From positions 5,696 through 69,695 of IMG/VR virus record IMGVR_UViG_3300027969_000084: 64,000 nucleotides of DNA; one strand, 5' to 3'. Under the pieces are notes generated by a model. That model was not told the origin of the DNA, made no database searches, and saw only the letters and a list, made by a program, of their open reading frames with translations. Source of the stretch: a virus. Both the position numbers and the translations under genes were made by a program. Below, in pieces: positions 1 to 8,288 of this stretch (positions are counted from its first letter, which is position 1; every line of letters begins with the position of its first letter).

Positions 1-10
1 TATATGATGC

Positions 11-205
11 CTAACGAACTGGTTGAATGAAATAGACTTCGCCCGATTGCGTGTAGAAGTCCGATGCGGGGTAGTCAACGTCCGCGTCCACTTCATAGAA
101 GGCGATCTTGAAGGTAGCCTTGGCGTGTGCCTCTGCTTCCTCGAAAGTGCCAAAGGTGGCCACGACAGTCTTGGAGAAGCGGGTAGCGGATGCGATTTCA
201 AACAT
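11..205 (-). CDS. small hypothetical early protein
   Basis: 64-aa ORF, GGGAGA SD, own sigma70-type promoter, GC-rich like the adjacent helicase gene. Confidence 0.6.
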   Translation of the reverse strand: MFEIASATRFSKTVVATFGTFEEAEAHAKATFKIAFYEVDADVDYPASDFYTQSGEVYFIQPVR

Positions 206-238
206 GGTGTGTCTCCCGTTGTTTCAATCTATAACCAG

Positions 239-267
239 ATACTAACCCCACTACAGTATGCTGTCAA
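239..267 (-). promoter_or_regulatory. sigma70-type early promoter
   Basis: TTGACA-N17-TAGTAT on the minus strand upstream of ORF 11..205. Confidence 0.6.
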
Positions 268-328
268 CCTACCTAACGATGTATTTTCAAATAAATTAAA
301 TAAACCTATGGTTGTATTTTAAGCCAGC

Positions 329-353
329 GTTAACACTAAAAATTAGTGTTAAC
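329..353. repeat. 25-bp palindrome GTTAACACTAA-AAA-TTAGTGTTAAC (copy 1 of a ~65-bp imperfect direct repeat)
   Basis: perfect 11-bp arms; second copy at 2244-2268 with similar downstream sequence. Confidence 0.85.
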
Positions 354-408
354 AAAACTACCAATCCAAAATAGCAAAAACAAAAATACAACCTATCATA
401 TGCATGGT

Positions 409-433
409 AAAAAGAGGGGGATTTCTCCCCCTC
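409..433 (-). terminator. intrinsic terminator
   Basis: GAGGGGG/CCCCCTC stem followed by a U-tract on the minus strand. Confidence 0.75.
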
Positions 434-436
434 AAA

Positions 437-520
437 TTATCGTCCGAGTCTCTTGGGTTTCAGAGTCTTGATGGCAAACTTGGTCGCGATCTTTTTGACC
501 TTGGGCACTTTGATTTTCAT
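437..520 (-). CDS. 27-aa Lys-rich peptide MKIKVPKVKKIATKFAIKTLKPKRLGR
   Basis: GAGGA SD, lies between the helicase stop and the terminator; below the ORF-track cutoff. Confidence 0.55.
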   Translation of the reverse strand: MKIKVPKVKKIATKFAIKTLKPKRLGR

Positions 521-541
521 GGGCATCCTCTGGGTTAGACC

Positions 542-2038
542 CTAGCCCACAAACGCTAGGGTGTGCTGGGCACGGGTTACAGCCACGTAGGCTAGGTTAG
601 CTTCCTGCTGAAGCTGCCAAGCTTGGCGAGCAGCCTTAGACGGACAGCGGGCGGCATGCTCGAACAGGAACACGCGATTCCATTCACGGCCCTTAGAGCG
701 GTGATAGGTGGCGAGAACTATGGCCCCCGACACATCATCCGAGAAAAGATCATCAATGAATGCGACAACGGCATCAACCGAGGTGTGGCCCTTGGCCGTG
801 ACAGCGGCAATGATGTGAAGCAGGGTGGCCACACGGTCCTCGATTTCCTCGATTTTTTGGTCCTGACCCTTGGCCATAGCCTTTTGGATTTCGCGATCCT
901 TATAGGTGTCAAGCTTATTAATAAGCGCGGAAGTAGTGGTGACTTTCCAGCGGCGAGCGAGGGCTTTCAGACCCTCGCCAATGGCGCGGCCTTCAACACG
1001 AGCGGGCTTGCCTTGGCGGATCAGGCTGTAGGCCAGATCGATCAGAGGGGCGGTGTTACGGCACAAGATGGCATCACCCACGGCCATATCGTCTGGCAAG
1101 GCGTCAAGGCGCTGTACAGCCCCTTCAGGAGCCTCTGGGGCGGCTTCAATGTCTTGGACATACTGTTGGGCCACGGCCACGACAGCCTTGGGACAACGCC
1201 ATGTGACGGACAGAGGCAGAACCGTGGCATTAAGAGCCTCGATCATGTTCGGCAGGGCCTCAGCGTCCGCACCGGAAAATCCATAGATAGCTTGGCGATC
1301 ATCGCCCACGATAATCATCCGGCCAGTGTGAGGCTTCACAAACTTGCGGATCAAGGCTTGGCGAGCAGGGCTAAGGTCTTGAGCCTCGTCCACGAAAACA
1401 ATGTCCTTACCGAAGCGAACCCGAAGATTCTTAACCAAGGGGAACAAAATCATGTCGTCAAAATCAACCACGTTGGTTTGAGCCAACGATTGACGATAGA
1501 TGATTTGAGCAGCCTCAATCACCGAATCGAGGTCCGAAGTATCCTCGAAACCGTTCACGTCAAAATGGTCAGCGAGGGCGTACCATGCGCCGATATCACC
1601 GATCTGAGAGGTAGGGAAAAACCCGAAGCCTGCGCCCTTGGCGTAGCCCACCAGTTGCTTAATTTGAGCGCGGCAAAACTGATAGATAGGCGCTTCCTGA
1701 TTATCGATCAGGCGATCAACCTTTTTGGAATCCACCTCCGACTTGAATGCGAACTTGATCAAGCCATAGCCAAGAGCATGCAGGGTCGAGGTCTGAATCT
1801 TGCGCCAGTCAGTGTGACCCGCCGCCTTTAGCTTCGAGGAAACTTCTTCAGCAATCGCCTTGTTGAACGCACAAACGAGAACTTCCGCGTTCGGAGCAAT
1901 CGCGGCGAGGGCGTCAACGCCGAGAAGGATGGTGGAAGTCTTGCCGCAGCCCGCACGAGCGATCAGGGCGAGGTTTGAGGAGGTCGAGGTCAGAGCCGAA
2001 AGAAACGCGGCCTGTTGAGCCGTGGGTGCGAAAGCCAT
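542..2038 (-). CDS. UvrD/Rep-like superfamily 1 helicase
   Basis: motifs ARAGCGKT, VDEAQD, VGDDRQAIYGF, TWRCP, HRSKGRE, YVAVTRA; start moved to ATG 2038 after GGGAGA SD. Confidence 0.9.
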   Translation of the reverse strand: MAFAPTAQQAAFLSALTSTSSNLALIARAGCGKTSTILLGVDALAAIAPNAEVLVCAFNKAIAEEVSSKLKAAGHTDWRKIQTSTLHALGYGLIKFAFKSEVDSKKVDRLIDNQEAPIYQFCRAQIKQLVGYAKGAGFGFFPTSQIGDIGAWYALADHFDVNGFEDTSDLDSVIEAAQIIYRQSLAQTNVVDFDDMILFPLVKNLRVRFGKDIVFVDEAQDLSPARQALIRKFVKPHTGRMIIVGDDRQAIYGFSGADAEALPNMIEALNATVLPLSVTWRCPKAVVAVAQQYVQDIEAAPEAPEGAVQRLDALPDDMAVGDAILCRNTAPLIDLAYSLIRQGKPARVEGRAIGEGLKALARRWKVTTTSALINKLDTYKDREIQKAMAKGQDQKIEEIEDRVATLLHIIAAVTAKGHTSVDAVVAFIDDLFSDDVSGAIVLATYHRSKGREWNRVFLFEHAARCPSKAARQAWQLQQEANLAYVAVTRAQHTLAFVG

Positions 2039-2243
2039 CGTGGTGTCTCCCAAAAATTCAAATAACGAGCCTCTCCATACCGTAGGAAAAAACCTTTGTC
2101 AAGATAAAAAAAGGCTTGACAACAATCAACCCTACTGTAAAATGAAAATACAAGATGACCTATCAGAACCACCGAGTCACAGATTCGTAGAGGGAATGTA
2201 ATCCGCCCCTGCGTGACGCAAAAAAAAGAACAAAGCATGAACC

Positions 2244-2268
2244 GTTAACACTAATTTTTAGTGTTAAC
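2244..2268. repeat. 25-bp palindrome GTTAACACTAA-TTT-TTAGTGTTAAC (copy 2)
   Basis: same arms as 329-353 with the central triplet complemented. Confidence 0.85.
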
Positions 2269-2323
2269 AAAAGTACCAACCCAAGATAGCAAAATCCAAA
2301 ATACCATCTGAAATAGAAAAAAA

Positions 2324-2527
2324 TACCACCTAGGGTAGAGTGCCCAGAAAAATACAACCTAGAGTAGAGTAAATGCAACCTAGGGTAGAGTAGTCAAAAA
2401 AATGCAACTCAAAGTAGAATACAACTTAAAATAGCAAAATATAAAATACTATCTAGAATATAATACAACTTCAGGTAGAATGATTACAATTTACAATTTA
2501 AAGTAGAATGCCAACCTATGGTAGAAT
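2324..2527 (+). repeat. about 7 degenerate 18-bp direct repeats, consensus TRCAACYTARRGTAGART
   Basis: e.g. tacaacctagagtagagt, tgcaacctagggtagagt, tgcaactcaaagtagaat, tacaacttcaggtagaat in non-coding DNA. Confidence 0.75.
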
Positions 2528-2858
2528 GAAATCATCAGGAAAAAATTCAATCAAAAAATTTCCAGCCAAAATCTCTCAAGTATTTTAAAAAATTCCAAGT
2601 ATATTTTTTCCAACATAAAAAAAATCCCATAGAAATTTTCTATATGATAATCCCAATGTTCTGCCAATGTTCCGGCCATGCGTCTAATATGCATTATGAG
2701 AAATAATTTTTCTCTATACCAACAATCATAAGATAAAAACATCTAAACGAACATCCAAGTAATCATAAACCAAATACTATCAAACAATAAATTAATCATT
2801 GACTAATCTTAAACCTATGATATCATCATAAATGTCATAGTATAAGGATCAGTCTAAT

Positions 2859-2972
2859 ATGCCTAAGAAACTAACAACCCTTCAAAAAACCATGAAGACT
2901 ATTAAATCCAAACAAGCTAAAAAGACTAAAATGCTGAAGACAGCCATGAAGGTCATTAAGAAGAAGCGTTAA
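2859..2972 (+). CDS. 37-aa Lys-rich peptide MPKKLTTLQKTMKTIKSKQAKKTKMLKTAMKVIKKKR
   Basis: TAAGGA SD and TTGACT-N16-TATCAT promoter at 2799-2826; below the ORF-track cutoff. Confidence 0.6.
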   Translation: MPKKLTTLQKTMKTIKSKQAKKTKMLKTAMKVIKKKR

Positions 2973-3000
2973 TCAACTAAAATGATTTGCAACCTATAAT

Positions 3001-3170
3001 CGCAGAAAAAGTTCGCGAAAAAACTTCGCAACTTTTCCTCGCAACAAAAGTCTGCAAAGAAAGTTCGCAACTTTTTCAGGAAAACTTCGCATAAAAAGTC
3101 TGCAAGAAAACTTCGCAGAAAAACTCTGCAACTTTTTCTCAAAAAATCCGCAGACTTTTATCGCAACTTT
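3001..3170 (+). repeat. about 12 short A-tract/T-tract plus (T/C)(C/T)GCA repeats, ~13-bp period
   Basis: aaaagttcgc, aaaacttcgca, aaaagtctgca, aaaactctgca recur in non-coding DNA. Confidence 0.7.
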
Positions 3171-3449
3171 TTAAAGATTTGACGACGATCTAATAGCCTC
3201 AAATTCCTCTTCAGTCTCAATAGCCTTACCATTAAATAAACCATATGGAGCAAATGGCTTCTTCACACCATTAATAAGATCATTAACTTCTTCCATTGAT
3301 TCCGCTACAGTCCATATTACTGTAGAACCAGTAAGACCACCATAAATCAATGTCTTACTATCTTCAGAATACATCGATACAATGTGAGAAGGATTCAAAT
3401 AAAGAACCTTGCCCACATATTCTTCACTCGCATTCGTTAACTTAATCAT
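3171..3449 (-). CDS. FlbD/SwrD-like small protein
   Basis: MIKLT...LYLNPSHI...V.ES.EEV..LI pattern typical of the FlbD family. Confidence 0.55.
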   Translation of the reverse strand: MIKLTNASEEYVGKVLYLNPSHIVSMYSEDSKTLIYGGLTGSTVIWTVAESMEEVNDLINGVKKPFAPYGLFNGKAIETEEEFEAIRSSSNL

Positions 3450-3517
3450 ATCCAAATCCTTAAAAACAATTCATTGAATATAACATACTAATAGTATATA
3501 AACAAATATTAAGAAAA

Positions 3518-3940
3518 TTAGTCTTCAGACTTTCTAGCCTTCAACTTTTTAGTTTCTTTCTCACCAGTTTTCTGGCTGTATATACCATCAACACCATATT
3601 TTTTATATCTATCTACCCAAGAATCAAGTTCTTCACGACTCATGTCATAACGCTTCTTAGCTTCTTCATATGAGAATAAACCAGCATCAATAAGAACTAT
3701 TAACTTTAACTTCATTAATGGACTACCTATACCTCTAGGAGAATTAACCGGTAAATCATTTGCAGTAATTCTCATAGGCTTACCATTTACATCTATCACT
3801 ACATGCTTCTGAGATAGTCTGTCATATTGTGAATCATTCTCCATCACTCTAGAACGAGAATGCTCCTTCAATAAGGATATAGCCTCATCATATATTCCAT
3901 TACTCTCTAATAAAGCATAAAGCTTAGCAATCGGTGTCAT
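3518..3940 (-). CDS. SciP/DUF1153-like HTH protein
   Basis: VIDVNGKP..T..DLP...K...LI..GL.S.EEA..RY.MS.EE..SW....KYG..G resembles SciP; GGAG SD; TAAATA at 3965-3970. Confidence 0.65.
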   Translation of the reverse strand: MTPIAKLYALLESNGIYDEAISLLKEHSRSRVMENDSQYDRLSQKHVVIDVNGKPMRITANDLPVNSPRGIGSPLMKLKLIVLIDAGLFSYEEAKKRYDMSREELDSWVDRYKKYGVDGIYSQKTGEKETKKLKARKSED

Positions 3941-3980
3941 AATAGTTCTCCATAACGTTAAAACTATTTATTCACATAAT

Positions 3981-4217
3981 TTAATCAAATAACGGAAACC
4001 ATCTATCAAACTCTTCAGGAACTAAATTATAACGAGATACAGCATCATCAAATGATATAGTATCAGAAAGAACCGCATGTACCAAAATGTCCTTCAATTC
4101 TTTAGTCCATTCTATATTACCAGTAGAAGGCAAATCTTTTAAATTATCTTCCCTATATTCATTCAATAATAATAGAGCCTCAGATAATAATAAAGATATC
4201 TTGTCTAAAGATTCCAT
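3981..4217 (-). CDS. second, C-terminally short SciP/DUF1153-like protein
   Basis: DLPSTGNIEWTKELKDILVHAVLSDTISFDDAVSRYNLVPEEFDRW resembles the SciP core; start moved to ATG 4217 after GGGGA. Confidence 0.6.
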   Translation of the reverse strand: MESLDKISLLLSEALLLLNEYREDNLKDLPSTGNIEWTKELKDILVHAVLSDTISFDDAVSRYNLVPEEFDRWFPLFD

Positions 4218-4774
4218 AACAGTTCCCCCCCAATATTCAAAAATATTTATGGACATACCATCTATACAAAAATACATACTAAATTTATGCAGATTTTCTA
4301 CACAACTTTTCATAGGAAAATATGCAGGAAATTGTTGCCAAGTTTTATCACCATTTTTATACAAAAAGTTTACATAAAAATATCTAATACTTTGCTCAAT
4401 ATAATACTTTAGTCTATATTCGTGCAATACCCTTAAAAACCATCTTTTACTCAATCATTTCAACACTATACCTAAACTATTTTTTATCATTATTATATCA
4501 TACCTTATTACCATTTTTGTCAATTTGGCATATAAGAAATATTACATAAATGTGGCATGAATCATGATTTAGGTATAGTTCAAGTATAGTTATACAAACA
4601 ATAGCTTTAATTATTTTTTCTATATTTTATAATACTTTGCTTAGATCATGAATGCTTATGATGATTGGTACAGATGATTGAAACAATGATCAGTTGAAGG
4701 TTTTTGAGAACGATTCTGTGGTACATTTAATGAAGACACTTTTTTGCTGTTTTATTGTATTTTGACAATTTGCA

Positions 4775-5010
4775 TTAGTACTAATGTAAAAGGATTAGTA
4801 CTAAGCTTTTTGAGAGGATTAGTACTAATTTGGGGTGGATTAGTACTAAGCTTTTTGTGGTGAATTAGTCCTAATTTTGATGCATTAGTACTAAGCTTTT
4901 TTGCATCATTTTTTACCTCATTTTTGCTTATATAATTAGTACTAATTTTGATGCATTAGTACTAAGCTTTTTGGAAAGGATTAGTCCTAATTTGTTTGGA
5001 TTAGTACTAA
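4775..5010. repeat. array of ten 10-bp boxes: palindrome TTAGTACTAA x8, variant TTAGTCCTAA x2
   Basis: starts at 4775, 4795, 4819, 4840, 4865, 4885, 4936, 4956, 4981, 5001. Confidence 0.95.
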
Positions 5011-5074
5011 TCCAATTATTGCATTTATGGTTACTGATTGTGTATGATGGCATCTATAATTAGGATATGCATAT

Positions 5075-5287
5075 ATGTCTTTATCGGACAAGAAAGAGAT
5101 TAACAGGAAGGCTGCTGCTGCATTTACTTCTAAGAAGAAGGATCAGGGTCAGCGGTTGATTAAGGGTTGGGTTGATTCTGATACTTACGATATGTTAGTT
5201 TCTTTGAAGGGTTCTCGTTATAAGAGTACTGATGAACTTCTTGCTGATGCTATAGCTATCTTATATGTAACTGCGAATAATTTATAG
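5075..5287 (+). CDS. ribbon-helix-helix-like DNA-binding protein
   Basis: basic N-arm then RLIKGWV strand, helix, G turn, STDELLADAI helix. Confidence 0.55.
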   Translation: MSLSDKKEINRKAAAAFTSKKKDQGQRLIKGWVDSDTYDMLVSLKGSRYKSTDELLADAIAILYVTANNL

Positions 5288-5296
5288 GAAATTAAA

Positions 5297-5770
5297 GTGA
5301 AGATTACACAGGAAAGATTAAAAGAGTTATTAGATTATGATCCTATTTCTGGTATTTTTACTAGGAAGAAGGATGGTAAGATTGTTGGTCGTTTAAATGA
5401 AAATGGCTATGTTATTATAAACGTTGATGGTATTTTATTTAGGTCTCACCGATTGGCATGGTTATATGTTTATGGTGGTATTGTTCCATTTCCTTTAGAT
5501 CATATAGATGGCAATAAAGAAAATAATTCTATTAATAATCTCAGGTCTTGTACTCAAAGTCAGAACCAAGCTAACATACCATTATCTAAGAATAGCACTA
5601 GTGGGTTAAAAGGTGTTTGGTATGATAAGCCTAAGAAGAAATGGAAGGCTGGGATTAAGAAAGACAATAAGAAATATCATTTAGGTTATTATCTTACTAA
5701 GGAAGAAGCGCACGAGGCATATTGCAAGGCTGCTGTTGAGTTCTTTGGTGAATTTGCGAGATTTAAATAA
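5297..5770 (+). CDS. HNH-AP2 homing endonuclease
   Basis: HRLAWLY, DHIDGNKENNSINNLR, then AP2-like SGLKGV..KWKA.I..LGYY...EA. Confidence 0.9.
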   Translation: MKITQERLKELLDYDPISGIFTRKKDGKIVGRLNENGYVIINVDGILFRSHRLAWLYVYGGIVPFPLDHIDGNKENNSINNLRSCTQSQNQANIPLSKNSTSGLKGVWYDKPKKKWKAGIKKDNKKYHLGYYLTKEEAHEAYCKAAVEFFGEFARFK

Positions 5771-5774
5771 TAAA

Positions 5775-5948
5775 ATGACTGATGATGAAAAAGAGATTAT
5801 TGATCAACTTGCGAAAGTTTGGAACTTATTTATTAGTCTTCCGGTTGAACATCCTAGTGATTTGGGGGAGTTTCAAACAGCCATACATTCTGCTCAACTA
5901 TTAGTAATGGCTCGTTTGGGTAGAAGGATTTATAATGAACGGTCTTAG
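5775..5948 (+). CDS. small hypothetical phage protein
   Basis: WN.F..LP.EHPSD..EF..AIH pattern; start moved to ATG 5775. Confidence 0.65.
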   Translation: MTDDEKEIIDQLAKVWNLFISLPVEHPSDLGEFQTAIHSAQLLVMARLGRRIYNERS

Positions 5949-6397
5949 TGTGGTCTGTTAAAGCCACGTAGCTTGACAATCGTCGGGGCGAATCTGACCA
6001 TAGAAAAACTATCTTCATCTTGTCGTATCGTGGAAAACCCAAACTTTTTATACCATTTTTCTAGTTGTTCTGTTGTCATTCGATTATTGCCAAATGCTTT
6101 TGCCGTAAGCTCTAATTGTACTCCAAGCTTGTTGGCCAATGAGCATATAAATTTCATAGTTTTAGAAGCATGTCCTTGATTTGGTTCTATTGCAGAAATA
6201 TCATGAATATAAATGGCATCTTTTCTTAGCCTTGAAAGATGCATCATGGTTAACCCATGAATTCGTTTTTTATTATCCCATGGGTGAGGTGATGTAGCAT
6301 TGTTGAATTCATCAATAAACTGATCGGCTGGGCCAGCTTCTGATGGTTTATTTGCAAGGGTTAATACATTTGATTCTATGATTTCTGAGTAGCGCAT
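5945..6397 (-). CDS. GNAT-like acetyltransferase with MRYSEI N-terminal tag
   Basis: NQGHAS acetyl-CoA loop and LEKWYKKFGF motif; TAAATA 4 nt upstream of ATG. Confidence 0.65.
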   Translation of the reverse strand: MRYSEIIESNVLTLANKPSEAGPADQFIDEFNNATSPHPWDNKKRIHGLTMMHLSRLRKDAIYIHDISAIEPNQGHASKTMKFICSLANKLGVQLELTAKAFGNNRMTTEQLEKWYKKFGFSTIRQDEDSFSMVRFAPTIVKLRGFNRPH

Positions 6398-6442
6398 GAT
6401 ATATTTAGCATTGATGGTTATTGAATTTGGTGAGAATGAAAA

Positions 6443-7225
6443 ATGAATAATGCTGTTTTTATGTATGATGAAACTCCGGAAGATGAGCTTACGGATATTC
6501 CTGTAGATAATATTCCTGTAGATGATACCGAAAGTAAACAGGATCAGCTTGATTATGCGATATATTCTTTATTAAATAAGATATTTGAGGAATCGAGTAC
6601 TGATAAGGCGTTAGTAGATTTGTTTATCAATCCTACGTCGGATGATGGGGTTGAGTATGGTGATGTTATTATTATTCATAGTTCCGATGAATATGAATAT
6701 GATGCTGAATATCGAGCCAAGATTGATGCATATGTTAGCGATGAAGGATATGAAGAGGATATAGATTATATTAAGGATTGTATTATTATAGATTCTAATC
6801 ACAATCCTTACAATATTGGGGAGATTGATAGAAATTTGAACATCATGCATGATTATATTATAAAAGCCAAAAATGGTAGTTTTGACATTAGGTTTTCTAC
6901 CTGTTTTTATGAGCTTGAATTAATACAAACTAAGGTCGTTTATGCCAACATGGATACTGGTGGCTGGGAAGGGCCGGATAGTATTAGGATTAAAGATAGT
7001 TATAAACTTTTACCTGTTTATGTTTGTTATTTGGATGTTGGTGGTATGGAAGATGATATTCAATATGATGTTTCTATTGCGGGTATGAATAAATTAATCT
7101 CTGATATAGAGACGCATGAAATTTATTGTAAGTTGAATGACACTCTTGTTACGGATTTTGATTTTTCTCATCGTTCTAGAAATATTTCTTTGATTAAGTT
7201 TCCTTGTCCTTGTTGTAGTGAATAG
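6443..7225 (+). CDS. acidic hypothetical protein
   Basis: 260-aa ORF, D/E-rich, ends in CPCC. Confidence 0.7.
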   Translation: MNNAVFMYDETPEDELTDIPVDNIPVDDTESKQDQLDYAIYSLLNKIFEESSTDKALVDLFINPTSDDGVEYGDVIIIHSSDEYEYDAEYRAKIDAYVSDEGYEEDIDYIKDCIIIDSNHNPYNIGEIDRNLNIMHDYIIKAKNGSFDIRFSTCFYELELIQTKVVYANMDTGGWEGPDSIRIKDSYKLLPVYVCYLDVGGMEDDIQYDVSIAGMNKLISDIETHEIYCKLNDTLVTDFDFSHRSRNISLIKFPCPCCSE

Positions 7226-7231
7226 GGGTGG

Positions 7232-7528
7232 ATGATGGCATTAATGAGAAATACTATTCCTGCGAAGACTTCTTTGGATTGTAGGGTTAAGTTTTTATAT
7301 GATAGTCCTCTTTCTAAAAATAATTCTACTAATGTAATCTTGCGGTTATTTGGTTTAGTTCCTCTTGAAAATGATAAGTTGTATAATGAAATGCTTACTT
7401 ATTGTCGGGCTACATTTAGGGGGTATGTTTATTATGTTGAATATGCATCTGGGAGAAAGTGGGCGATAGAGTTCTTTTTTAAGACTCCTTCTGATGCAAT
7501 GCTTTTTATGTTGAGGTGGGGTCAATAG
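7232..7528 (+). CDS. FKLRW-tail family protein
   Basis: ends FFFKTPSDAMLFMLRWGQ. Confidence 0.7.
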   Translation: MMALMRNTIPAKTSLDCRVKFLYDSPLSKNNSTNVILRLFGLVPLENDKLYNEMLTYCRATFRGYVYYVEYASGRKWAIEFFFKTPSDAMLFMLRWGQ

Positions 7529-7535
7529 TTTTGAG

Positions 7536-7563
7536 TTGACAATTTAGGATTATTTGTTATTAT
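7536..7563 (+). promoter_or_regulatory. early promoter
   Basis: TTGACA-N16-TATTAT with extended -10 TG; 26/29 nt identical to the promoter at 27751-27779. Confidence 0.7.
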
Positions 7564-7605
7564 TTTTATATAGTTTTGTATCAATAGCATTTATGGAGAA
7601 TATAC

Positions 7606-7926
7606 ATGTATTTGGTTCGTAATATTGAGAGTAAGAATCTTTTGGGTATGTTTGCATCTCGCAGTATTTCTGGTCTTTTTTCTCAGATTGATTCTGAGAC
7701 TGATCCTTTTGAATTTGAATATCTTTTGATCAAGACGGGTGGTTTTATATTTGACGAAGATATTTCGGGAGAATATGTGCCTTATGATGAAGAAAATGAG
7801 TCTGACGAAGATGTCAGTAGTTTTCCTACTGCAACCATGAATGATTGGCTTTATGACAAGGTTCGTGGCAATCCTTCGGTTTGGAAGAAGTTTACTCGCA
7901 AGAATCACAATGATTGTTATCGGTAA
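7606..7926 (+). CDS. hypothetical protein
   Basis: 106 aa, GGAG SD, flanked by a 26-bp direct repeat (7566-7591, 7930-7955). Confidence 0.7.
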   Translation: MYLVRNIESKNLLGMFASRSISGLFSQIDSETDPFEFEYLLIKTGGFIFDEDISGEYVPYDEENESDEDVSSFPTATMNDWLYDKVRGNPSVWKKFTRKNHNDCYR

Positions 7927-7970
7927 CGGTTATATAGTTTTGTATCAATAGCATTCATGGATATTTTGAT

Positions 7971-8288
7971 ATGAATGAAGAAGACGATCAAATTGTATTT
8001 GTGCAGGAATATTGGGAAAATATATCGCATGTTAATAATCCATCGGAAGTAGTTCAGTTAGCTTCTGTTAAAGAATTTCCTCATGCTATTGCTTTTATTA
8101 AAAATCCAAGTGAAAAAGTTCAACTAGCGGCTGTTATGCAAAATAGTTCTGCAATTGGATATATTAAGAATCCAAGTGAAGCAGTTCAAGTAGCGGCTGT
8201 TACTGAAGATGGATGGGCAATTAAATATATTGATAATCCGAGTGATCGGGTTAAGATGCTTGCAGAATTATGTAAGGAACATGTGTGA
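7971..8288 (+). CDS. 22-aa repeat (DUF4116-like) protein 1
   Basis: NPSE.VQLAAV...G.AI.YI repeats, LAELCK C-cap. Confidence 0.85.
   Translation: MNEEDDQIVFVQEYWENISHVNNPSEVVQLASVKEFPHAIAFIKNPSEKVQLAAVMQNSSAIGYIKNPSEAVQVAAVTEDGWAIKYIDNPSDRVKMLAELCKEHV

Noticed and set aside
623-1831. 402-aa plus-strand ORF
   Set aside because: Antisense shadow of the GC-rich helicase gene; no motifs or SD.
2792-2806. CtrA box (TTAA-N7-CTAA)
   Set aside because: Imperfect, and such matches are expected by chance in DNA this AT-rich.
4218-4454. N-terminal extension of the second SciP-like ORF
   Set aside because: TTG start without SD and non-coding-like composition; a better start exists at 4217.
4775-5010. 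CRISPR array
   Set aside because: Repeats are 10 bp with mostly 10-15 bp spacers that themselves recur; no cas genes.
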